From Macrostomum hystrix (taxonomy: Eukaryota > Animalia > Platyhelminthes): a DNA stretch of 64,000 nucleotides. Positions 25,601 through 33,120 of the stretch are shown here, piece by piece. Numbering within the stretch: the stretch's first letter is position 1; each line of letters opens with the position of its first letter. The DNA lies in assembly GCA_950097015.1 (NCBI GenBank), contig CATNEN010000001.1:6076001-6140000 (forward strand), given 5' to 3'. A model generated the notes under the pieces. The model worked only from the letters and a program-made list of their open reading frames with translations. It was not told the DNA's origin and did no database searches. The position numbers and the translations under genes were made by a program.

Positions 25601-27001
25601 CGTCTTGTTCTTCCTGTTCTGTCGCCTTGCCTGTATGACGTCGCTTTTCGCCCTTGTCAGTGTTGTCGCTTCCGACGTGCTGACTGCCAAGATGTGTGCA
25701 GCCTGGCTGGGCTGATTCTCCAATTCGGCTGGCTTCGGACTGGGGTCCTGAGTTGTGACCTCTGCGATCCGCTTTGGCTGTCGCCACTGCTGCTGACGCC
25801 GTTCTTGATAACTCCGGCGTGATCGGGTGCATTCCGACGTCCAATGGTTGTTCATGTCGCAGTTCTGGCAGTATCGCTGACCTCTGCAATCCTTTGCGAA
25901 GTGACCTTTCTTTCCACATTTGTAGCAATTGATATTACCTCTATCTTGCCTTCCCTGCGGTTTTACTTGGCCCCCGGTATTCTTACCGGTGTCCATGTTC
26001 CTTTGGTAGCACCTGTTGGCAGTGTGGCCTATCTTGTTACAGATCTGGCATGTCGGTCTCGGATTGTCGTCTGGGTACTTAGTTCTTGCTTCTTTCTGTG
26101 GCTGTGGGCCTCGGTCCTGGTTGCGCTGATCCGCTTTCTTGATTGTAGTCTCCATCTGAGCTACGATGGCTGTCAGCTTGTGTATGTCGTTGGACTCCTG
26201 TTCGAGCTCTCGCAGTGCTTGCCATTGAAGCGCCTCACGCACCATCTCCGGGACCGTCTGGTAACGTCCTCTGGCTAGATATAGTCGTAATGCCGGTGTA
26301 GCATTCTGTTGCACGTGTAGCATGATGTGGTCCTGGATGATGCGCTTGTTGCGGTTGATTCTAGCGCCTCTGTCATGGTCGTTCTCGCCTTCCGGAGCTG
26401 GTTCTTGGAACACTGAGTTCTCAACCAGTTGTGTGATGTCGGCTATAAACTTGTTGACGTCCTCTCCTGGGTGCATCTTCCTCATGGAGAGTTGTAGTAC
26501 CGCCGTAGGTCGGTCTATCGCTCTGGTGTCATACAGCTGTCGGAGTTGTGTTCGTACCTGTCCATAGTCTTCTCGGACGGCTTGTGGGAGTCCCGCGTAT
26601 TGATTACGTGCGTTAGGGCGCAGCATGAGTGGTAGCAGGCGGCATTTTTCTCCATCTGTTAGGCCATATGTCGCTGTCTGCAGTTCAAATTCGGTTAGCC
26701 ATTTGATGAATGGCTGTCCCATTTCGTAGTCTCCTGCCGATAGCTTGAGAGCTTGGACAATGGCTGGTAGGTCCCTGCCGTGTGCCATGGCTAGACGTTG
26801 CTGTAATTCGCGGACTTGGTTCTGGAGATCATCCATTGCGTTGTCCTCGTTGTCCGAGTCTGATGAATGCTCGTGGTTGTCGTCGTCGTGCTCTAACTGG
26901 TTTCCTGGCTGCTGTTGCAGTTGTTGCTGTTCAGGTTCTCCCGGTTCTGGAGTTCTGTTAGTGCCTGTTTGAATTTCTTGGTCAAGAGTTCCGTTATTCA
27001 T
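19676..27001 (-). CDS. Gag-Env-Pol polyprotein: Gag with 3 CCHC knuckles, internal signal peptide, class III (gB-like) glycoprotein, TM, aspartic protease, RT, RNase H, integrase
   Basis: The ORF track starts at TTG 27046; the first ATG is at 27001. Motifs in order: CQICNKIGHTANRC, CYKCGKKGHFAKDC, CQNCDMNNHWTSEC; CALLLKILLFAWLC; KREKR; TM IFNITVGFAAICVYVYIILKTIIV; LIDSGA; YVDD; SDAS...LELLA; HHCC; SVDIVGP / STDNG / QVER; TGPY. Confidence 0.96.
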   Translation of the reverse strand: MNNGTLDQEIQTGTNRTPEPGEPEQQQLQQQPGNQLEHDDDNHEHSSDSDNEDNAMDDLQNQVRELQQRLAMAHGRDLPAIVQALKLSAGDYEMGQPFIKWLTEFELQTATYGLTDGEKCRLLPLMLRPNARNQYAGLPQAVREDYGQVRTQLRQLYDTRAIDRPTAVLQLSMRKMHPGEDVNKFIADITQLVENSVFQEPAPEGENDHDRGARINRNKRIIQDHIMLHVQQNATPALRLYLARGRYQTVPEMVREALQWQALRELEQESNDIHKLTAIVAQMETTIKKADQRNQDRGPQPQKEARTKYPDDNPRPTCQICNKIGHTANRCYQRNMDTGKNTGGQVKPQGRQDRGNINCYKCGKKGHFAKDCRGQRYCQNCDMNNHWTSECTRSRRSYQERRQQQWRQPKRIAEVTTQDPSPKPAELENQPSQAAHILAVSTSEATTLTRAKSDVIQARRQNRKNKTATVALVQTAPQLEGRKREQRARQTSNHWKAPVGPTCALLLKILLFAWLCTTAETISQGHQQWVDTPMYCPEPTRPQIFKLPPDIECKMPSSIQQHRQPINLTIFKPNQVTHRSTLKICYRETYVFTSVALTTIIAKVVRPKMTVTVQKHPVTEEECESWKEGYQTPDGTLQEDGKAPNKAERFTTHIWTVEEFEPTASTQTRYTKSASTLITKIPFFVENKKMSSLYIPLGHCNYTIGKCSHESTLKVEKDAPLERQVPNKLWEALRFYDTTFKVAGERQYRYIWTPSAAIDCPYQEDRRIEGTIHTGWFMAKDATYALTFKHPPHSMELKCGGTTTKLFRSEQGKLVRPEGSEAEFLLIVQGNFNNSSTAKREKRDLVSQETLAAKLQSIELTMENRIGDLTRHVILQQCRIQQNIFRYIKDFIRMQPTLAVRTLFKDEHLKARTIAQHVEIFKCIPVTDFEFHQPHWNQSRCFSKPPLKYKVAETNRTGFLNVRTMEIETEYPTFQECSNQTGYLLPKEDRVYKADLNFTNFEPIQIRKLKSEDWGIEPMKLPKIKRILFIPETDIKIEDIRSPITVHDLYTQMRDQREFLRTVFKLPKQKNPETIDLPPLEANIALKTYDFASWTPWIGIKLNIFNITVGFAAICVYVYIILKTIIVCHRLLRKKYERPGIRAIQRRIKATQERHELRGQHSTGTSHRHTGPRRPAPTAPATSAEQSQPMMPSAPPASSIYPTISAWPPPIVAAITNSQKYTVTRLKIGVRTCRALIDSGAEKSLIDEATARRYSDSFEKPTTELQGVHGGKLTQSGMITLPVEAGDTIVNVKFHVIPNLSSGRYHALLGIDYLSQLQKGMSINYQQQQIQLNGRSYEIMTVTAQEATNKIRLVCVVNLNPWETAQITARTDSKEELPDTVLFEPDTRIIEKKAIGMTQEIVHPDEKGEVQVLISNESARPITLYPDTAIGSYETEIETYEIAANQEQAPTMTETEFREAINLQGAEITAEQKEQLREILWENKEAFCLSDDEIGFTEVAKHELHIKPNVEVKLNKRYPIPHQLTGELKKVIDRMERQGILMKAPTPYISPILLVKKKSESPEAKPVYRLCVDFRDLNRLLIPERQCMPRIPDLLAQLKGSKYFTTLDMAQAFFQVALHEDSRKYCGISTPDGETLVFLRAPMGLQSSPAALSRAASIILKGIERVSTYVDDLLVFTETFEHHLKTLKSTLEALKKHGLKLKLQKCRFAQPSITFLGHKIDQNGIQIDRTLVDKVQKVSKPDNVTQLRAFLGLCNFFRKHVPHYAKKVQPLTDMLKGAPTSKGQATKTNLKWTEEANYTFEAMKKWIAEDLRLAHPDFNKQFIVSSDASTKGIGAMLSQKDEMGRERPIAFTSRQLRDAETRYGITHLELLAVYHAFRNFEQFLYAAPIPTLLRVDHAPLRGLLTGRILQNNQILRWLLYLQQFQIQIEYVPGASVTHAVPDALSRLYDEKPTDQINYVTISHPIPHLQALKDAQAEDPFCQHIRATWNGEAAVESLASKYRRHIDRHLADYAEIGGVLHRTADQTQQIILPFQYRETICHSLHALPLAAHLGFEKTLERIRRHYFWITMVSDIRGFCNNCIECARNKSGKTHKGLIQFSEIPMRPMDKLSVDIVGPMVPTKVRNETVTHILTILCCFSKFAFAIPIPDLTAETTAETLFTVFCTFGIPIEMSTDNGKNFTATLLAEALEILGIKHILTSPYNPRANQVERLHSTLHNMLRHYTAENPDQWHKYLQATMFAYNTAKQASSTYSPFELVFARRPLMPTQLTTQLNLVKYMDEPSFASRMKEAVTLAREIARHHLQIAQEKNTGIANTNRKLTTLEVGSRVMLQIPMRQGKHQAKFTGPYEIMKRNSQTSVTIRKIDDPNQESFQVHTDRLKPMATPTPHVMLPDLRPSDPQRHQRQPRQRFTKEVSVQAEELDAQADSARKKYNLRSKVKLP
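23615..25495 (-). other. env: Envelope glycoprotein domain (class III fusogen, herpes gB/chuvirus-like) within the polyprotein
   Basis: Signal-like hydrophobic segment at aa ~518-533 (numbered from 27046), Cys-rich ectodomain with at least 7 N-x-S/T sites, furin site KREKR (aa 854-858), gB domain III/IV-like core, TM at aa ~1119-1143. Confidence 0.88.
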
Positions 27002-28198
27002 ATGCTGGTATTCAGGTCTATTGGTTCTTTGCGGAGTTGGCCGCAAATGATATGAATGTAAGTGATGCGTATTTAATCAGCTTGACTTCAGCAAAGTATC
27101 CTGTCAGTGTGTGCTCTGATCTATCTAAGATCTCACAAAATTTTAAGTGAAATTCAAATATGAGAAAAGGGGTAGAGGTATCGGATACGTTTCCGGCCAG
27201 GTGGTGCTGTCAATATGTAAAAATTTTTGTTGCCTTAGACAAATAAATAAGTGCATTTTTGTCGCGCTTATCGTGAGTGTGCGCTCGGCTAAATAATATG
27301 GTTGCAGCATTTTATACTCATGCACTTTTAATGATTAAGCATTTTAATTTTCCGCTTTCGGCCTTATCGGCTAGTTGGGCTACGCATTTCACTTTATTCA
27401 GAAATGCCTCGAGGTTGTCTCGTGGACTGGCTACCTAGGTTGGGGACACAAATACTTACCCTAACACGCTGTGTAGCAGATCTTCAGCGCTATGGGCGGG
27501 CTGCCGCGTTTGCTGGAGAGTTGAGTCAGATAGACGCAATGTATAGTGCCTAAGTGAGTTCTTCCCCCCTCTGTGTCCGCTCAGTCCCTCGTGCCAAGAG
27601 TATAACTCTCCTCAGAAGGTCTGCTATCCTACTGAGCCTATTGAAGCGCGCTATAACAATAAAAAGCCCTTTCCGGTGTACTTTTAATGCTGCAAATCAC
27701 TTGACAGGTCCTTTACCTGTGTTGAGTCGGCCGGCTCCTACAAAGGCTTCTTTTAAAGCCTAAGTTTTGATATGTGGTAATGCTGGTCAGCGCTGCCTGA
27801 ATTCTTTAACTGAGTACACCATATATAATAAATCGACTATAGTCCTATGTTTTAAACAACTTCCTGGTAGCCCCTCGCTATTGATGCGGCTTTGGTGAGT
27901 TGCTTCACCAATTGCTAAATATTTCTCTTCTAAGGAAAATCATACCGTAGCTTTGTACATAACTATTCTACTTTTTTTGTTTGTTTTTAGAATTTTATCA
28001 CATTTTTTTGAACTTTTTCAATAAGAAACGCACATGTCCTTTTACGACACGATGTAATTTACTTAGTAGAGAAACATTTGTGTGACAGCACTCATCCTGG
28101 CCTTCCGCGTTCCTTCCTCCACCGTCGGAAATTACTCAGCCATTACTGGTCGATGTCGTCAGGTTGAAAAGTGTAGACTGCTTGCTAGATGACTCGTA

Positions 28199-28211
28199 GG
28201 TCAGGGAACCA
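28199..28211 (-). promoter_or_regulatory. Primer-binding site complementary to the 3' end of tRNA-Glu
   Basis: The minus strand reads CG-TGGTTCCCTGACC just after the 5' LTR. The plus-strand GGTCAGGGAACCA equals the 3' end of metazoan tRNA-Glu(CTC). Confidence 0.85.
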
Positions 28212-28213
28212 CG

Positions 28214-29089
28214 TATAGCGCTTCAAGTTTTGTCGTCTCTCTCGTGTCAATGTAGTCTAGCGGTCTGTTGCAGTCTCTTGTCTTGAAGGCTATACTTCCT
28301 AACGACTATCGTTCTCAGTATTAAGGCTGATCGATCTCTCGGATTCCTCTCTCTGAAGTCAATGAAGATAGAACTCAAACACAGTAAGTTTCTATTGAAT
28401 TGCTAGCGTAATAGAACGTAGAGATGACTCTCTAACAAAAATCAGCGGCGGACCTTTTTCCCGCGCTCCGCTTCGATTTATATATTGTTTGAAAATCACT
28501 CACTTGGGAGGGTGATACAACTTTATCAATCAGAGCGCTTGGTGATAATGGGTCGAGTGGGGTCGCAGCCCCGATTCCAAATCAGCACAAAACATTAGAA
28601 TACTTGGTTGGCAGGCACGCCAACCCCTGTCCTATGGAGGGCGGGTCAAAGGCCTAAAAGTGTTAGTTGAGTTAGAAGATTGCCCGTTTCTATGGAATCC
28701 CCTTTATCTAGTGTTTGTTTGTCACTGTCCCTCCGTCGCTCCAGGTCTTCTTGGGCGGTCCCGGCCTCTTCCAGGTCTCATCTCCAGATAGGGCTCAGGC
28801 AGGCTCCGATGTTGTAGGCATGGCCGGGCCAGGTCGCGTCAGGCCGTGCCAGGTCGGGTGAGTCCGGTCGGGTCCATGTCACGTTGGACCTACGTCGGGC
28901 AGGATCGGGTCAGATTAGGCCGGGCCGTGTCATATCGGACCATACCAGGTTGAGTTGGACCGGGCCGTGTTGCGCTGAAATGCAAGTGAAAACTCGGGGC
29001 GAGTATTTATCTAATCTATCTATTCTTAGTTGCTTGACCTCTAGGCGAAAGTTTTCTCTCGAGTTCTTTTCAGATTTCTAAGTCTTATA
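28214..29089 (-). repeat. 5' LTR (876 bp)
   Basis: Direct repeat of 17187-18062, flanked by the PBS and the TSD AAAAG. Confidence 0.96.
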
Positions 29090-29337
29090 AAAAGGAGATA
29101 AAATGTGATCCTCGAAGAGAACCATAGCCATATGCAACTAAACTCAAATTAGAGTTTTGAACTTCATGGGAACCAGACGACACAGCAGCAACACAGTTGC
29201 ACTGTTTCTACGGTTGAACCGTAATACGGACCTTGCGTTTGTAAGTAATTTTTGCTAAAAATTAAAGGCCAATCTAATATTTTTTCACTCACTCTAAAAA
29301 CATTACTGATAAATCTAAGAATCCGCAATAAAAAATT

Positions 29338-31278
29338 ATGGAATTGGAACAGGAGGATCACTCAAACTACGAGGACAACTCAATCTCGTATATTGGTACA
29401 ACTTTAGTGCGATCTACTAGCTACATTATCTTATCATGGGAAAAGCTACCACCTGACTGGCGATCGGAGGACATATCAATCTCGTATATTGGTACAACTT
29501 TAGTGCGATCTACTAGCTACATTATCATATCATGGGAAAAGCTACCACCTGACAGGCGATCGGAGGACAACTCAAACTCGTGTATTGATACAAATTTAGC
29601 GCGATCTACTAGCTACATTATCTTATCATGGGAAAAGCTACCACCTGACTGGCGATTGGAGGACAACTCAAACTCGTGTATTGATACAAATTTAGCGCGA
29701 TCTACTAGCTACATTATCTTATCATGGGAAAAGCTAGCACCTGACTGGCGATCGGAGGACATATCAATCTCGTATATTGGTACAACTTTAGTGCGATCTA
29801 CTAGCTACATAATCTTATCATGGGAAAAGCTACCACCTGACTGGCGATCGGAGGACATATCAATCTCGTATATTGGTACAACTTTAGTGCGATCTACTAG
29901 CTACATTATCTTATCATGGGAAAAGCTACCACCTGACTGGCGATCGGAGGACATATCAATCTCGTATATTGGTACAAATTTAGCGCGATCTACTAGCTAT
30001 ATTATCTTATCATGGGAAAAGCTACCACCTGACTGGCGATCGGAGGACATATCAATCTCGTATATTGGTACAACTTTAGTGCGATCTACTAGCTACATTA
30101 TCTTATCATGGGAAAAGCTACCACCTGACTGGCGATCGGAGGACAACTCAAACTCGTGTATTGATACAACTTTAGCGCGATCTACTAGCTACATTATCTT
30201 ATCATGGGAAAAGCTACCACCTGACAGGCGATCGGAGGACAACTCAAACTCGTATATTGGTACAAATTTAGCGCGCTCTACTAGCATCGAATATCTGTCC
30301 TCGTATCATCCGTGCGATCATCCTGACAGCACAGTCACAACCTGTTCTGTACAACCGAAGGCAGAGCAAAACCTGGTGGAAGACATCGTTCTGCTGATCA
30401 GAGTAAAGTCCAAAAATCGTCTAAATGAACTACTGGACTGTTTCAAACAAAGAGGCATCAAACCTCTTTGTTTAGTAGCCACGCAAGAAGCACATGATGA
30501 GCTTTGTAGGTACAGTAGAAGTAATGGCTTCTCCTTGACGGTACTGAAGATCAGCGCTTTGACCTCCGAGTTCAGCTGGGACCATCCAACTATTCGTGAA
30601 CTGCTTCTTCACTGGCGGTCCCGGTTAAACAACGATACGGCTGTTGAAGTGCCCGAGCTCCTGCAATCGCTATGTGAGAACGAACAGGTCAAGTATCTGT
30701 TGCCTGACGATTTTTTTCTAGAAGATGATGAAAGTGACCTCAAATCAGTAAGCTCGAGGTGGCCTTTTTTTAATAGTGGTGCTAGCTGTCAGGAATTCAA
30801 AGTGGAAGAAATTTCTAAGCACCTCCCGAACGAATCAAACGACTATGAGTATAAAATTAATAATGGCGACCACGAGTCAGGTCCAGTAGTAATTTTAGAT
30901 GGATCTAACCTCCTTGCTGCGAAGGCCGGCGGCGTTGTGTTGACGCTAGCCGTTGAGTTAATCAAAAATAGAAATCCTGATGCCCACATTTTAACTGTCT
31001 TTAAGAAGACTCAGTTTAACGACCGTAATAACGACTTCCTAACCAAAGCTGGGTTTAAGGATATCAAAGGATCGTATGACAGCCTTGAATCCACTAGCAA
31101 CGTAGCTGACGATGACTTGGAATCACAGCGTCTGGCTATCCAGTTCAATGCAGCCTTGATTTCAAATGACCGCTTCAAGCAGAAAGAATATAACGAATTT
31201 AGGCCAAAGTTTGCTCCATTGCTGTACGAATACTTTGTCTATGGTGGTAGACTTTTCCTTCTGACACAAAAATCGTGA
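29338..31278 (+). CDS. Intronless protein with ~8 N-terminal 39-aa repeats and a C-terminal Zc3h12a/Regnase-like NYN (PIN-fold) RNase domain
   Basis: PVVILDGSNL...LAVELIK...ILTVF...DDDLESQRLA...LISNDRFKQ matches the VIDGSN / DD / SND catalytic pattern of Regnase and N4BP1 NYN domains. Confidence 0.78.
   Translation: MELEQEDHSNYEDNSISYIGTTLVRSTSYIILSWEKLPPDWRSEDISISYIGTTLVRSTSYIIISWEKLPPDRRSEDNSNSCIDTNLARSTSYIILSWEKLPPDWRLEDNSNSCIDTNLARSTSYIILSWEKLAPDWRSEDISISYIGTTLVRSTSYIILSWEKLPPDWRSEDISISYIGTTLVRSTSYIILSWEKLPPDWRSEDISISYIGTNLARSTSYIILSWEKLPPDWRSEDISISYIGTTLVRSTSYIILSWEKLPPDWRSEDNSNSCIDTTLARSTSYIILSWEKLPPDRRSEDNSNSYIGTNLARSTSIEYLSSYHPCDHPDSTVTTCSVQPKAEQNLVEDIVLLIRVKSKNRLNELLDCFKQRGIKPLCLVATQEAHDELCRYSRSNGFSLTVLKISALTSEFSWDHPTIRELLLHWRSRLNNDTAVEVPELLQSLCENEQVKYLLPDDFFLEDDESDLKSVSSRWPFFNSGASCQEFKVEEISKHLPNESNDYEYKINNGDHESGPVVILDGSNLLAAKAGGVVLTLAVELIKNRNPDAHILTVFKKTQFNDRNNDFLTKAGFKDIKGSYDSLESTSNVADDDLESQRLAIQFNAALISNDRFKQKEYNEFRPKFAPLLYEYFVYGGRLFLLTQKS
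29371..30285 (+). repeat. 117-bp in-frame tandem repeat (~8 copies)
   Basis: The unit EDISISYIGTTLVRSTSYIILSWEKLPPDWRS is repeated with minor variants. Confidence 0.95.
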
Positions 31279-31746
31279 ACTACGATCTAATTCTGATTCT
31301 GAACGACCGCTTTCGCGAACCCAGAGTTTCACATAGTAGAAATGGCGCTTTTCGAGAGATAAAGTAAAAAATATACGTCTTAGGTAGAAGATTTGATCCT
31401 TTCATACAGAAATCAAACACTGGAGAAGATGCGACCGGGCAATCTGGGACAAAAATTATCGCAGCCTCCATAATCCACAAACTACTAACTTTATTCTTCC
31501 CGAAGAGATCAGGAAAAAGGGGTCCCTGCCTCTCTCGCAAAATCCGTCTCCATATTCTGAGACAAAAATTATCGCGGCCACAATTCCAGAAGAGATCATG
31601 CCCAAAAAGTGAACCTGCAAAAAGTGAGCCAAGACAATCAAATTAGCGCTAAAATCCCAATCCCCAAACTAAAGATCCCAATCCCCAAACTAAAGATCCC
31701 AAACCTAGAGTGATAATCCTCTGAAAAAAAATTATTCTTAATAAAA

Positions 31747-32088
31747 ATGCTTATAATCGTCTCTCCAGGATCTTATTACACAAGGCATGAGACTAATTAC
31801 AAGAGTAAGTACCGATGCAAACTAGAATGCAGCGAGTACATGAGGAAATATTGGCCCGGCGTTGATATCAATGTCCCTAATATTAATCTAAGAGTTAAGA
31901 GTCACTGGTATCACAAGTATGGAGTAACTATAAAGGACTACGACAGCTATACTATAAGTTTGCAGAAATCATTAAGCAACTGTATTTTTTCTCACATTCT
32001 CTCAAAGATCCACGTCAATACAAACTCTTCCCCGTTGAAATCAACGCCAACCCCATCTTCAGTCTCAAACTGCAGCACAATCTCGTGA
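31747..32088 (+). CDS. Small hypothetical protein in the Polinton-like region
   Basis: ATG-initiated 113-aa intronless ORF convergent with the penton-like gene. No recognisable motif. Confidence 0.3.
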   Translation: MLIIVSPGSYYTRHETNYKSKYRCKLECSEYMRKYWPGVDINVPNINLRVKSHWYHKYGVTIKDYDSYTISLQKSLSNCIFSHILSKIHVNTNSSPLKSTPTPSSVSNCSTIS

Positions 32089-32778
32089 ATCTCCTTATTA
32101 CTCAGCACAACTCTTTTCACGGGATTTGGTTTCTCTACCAGCATCTGTCCTCCAGCAACATAATCAAGACTGAGATTACTTCTGATTAGAATATTCAAAC
32201 CCTTTACAATGTCTGCGATATTGGGTGCTAAGAACAAACCGCTTGCACTTAGCAGGGTCCTCGAAACAGCCCCCCGACGCTTGAGTGGCGGTCCGCGCTG
32301 TGGATTCTGCCTAATACACTTTCTTCTCGAATCCCAATTCCCTATACCAAGTGTAATCTTTAAACTCAACCTCCGCATCTTTATGAACCTGCATGACCAC
32401 TCTCATAACTGTGAGATCATAGGAAAATTTAACAGGGAATAGTTTATTCTCTGGCTTGCTCGCATCAGGTGTCTCAAAATGATTTCTCTTTGTAAAAACA
32501 ATTTCCAAGAAATAGTTATAGGTGTCCACGCTCTGTGTGCTTACAGGGAATACAACAGCCTTTTCTGCACCTTTCCATTTGTAATGAAACATATTATTTG
32601 CTGCCATCACATTGGGCACATTTGACCAACCAGTGAAATCGTTAAGATAGACATTGTAATTAGCACCGGGATCCAAACGAATCGGCTGCTCTAATTTCTC
32701 AACAAAAATCCCGCTTTGGTAATTAATTCGCCCTGTTATTGTAATAGGAATTATGGTAGATTCGCGCACGAGTGCCAT
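31992..32778 (-). pseudogene. Polinton/Maverick (adintovirus-like) minor capsid protein (penton), disrupted
   Basis: PIRLD..ANYNVYLNDFTGWSNVPNV..ANNMFHY...ELGF...ADI...VEKP...IHEIVLQF..EDG..VDFNGE fits the single jelly-roll penton pattern of Polintons. A stop and a ~60-bp GC-rich insert at ~32250-32313 split it into two ORFs. Confidence 0.72.
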
Positions 32779-32812
32779 AGACTATTTACGCACTAGGAAG
32801 CCTAGCATAAGT

Positions 32813-33052
32813 GCATTGATTTATGACCAAGTGTGTGCGCAAGACCAGCTCCTTCGGCCCATAGACAATACCCGTCTGGGATTTACTGCATAGTAGCTCA
32901 GAAGAGGGATGGCACGGAGATCAAGTGGAGTATCATTTACCGCACAGTTGCGGAATTTACTGCACACTTCAATCTATTTCTTTGATGGCCTTTGGGCCAT
33001 AAACTATACACGAGCTTGAGACGTTTACGCACACTTGGTTATATGTCAATGC
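32813..33052. mobile_element. Small element with imperfect terminal inverted repeats (MITE-like)
   Basis: GCATTGATTTATGACCAAGTGTG at the left end versus CACACTTGGTTATATGTCAATGC at the right end. No clear TSD. Confidence 0.45.
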
Positions 33053-33120
33053 TCTCCTTAGAGTGAGAAATAATATTGTTTAGTCTGTCAACAATCGCTT
33101 CCATTTTTACCCCCCTAAGA

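Larger units (their letters stand above)
17187..29089 (-). mobile_element. Full-length Ty3/Gypsy-type LTR retroelement (endogenous retrovirus-like) with env embedded in the gag-pol polyprotein
   Basis: Two 876-bp direct LTRs at offset 11027, a 5-bp TSD AAAAG (17182-17186 and 29090-29094), PBS, PPT and an uninterrupted ORF with PR-RT-RH-IN order. Confidence 0.97.

Noticed and set aside
19673-26972. Many short plus-strand ORFs antisense to the polyprotein
   Set aside because: Shadow ORFs of the long coding frame, with no independent motifs.
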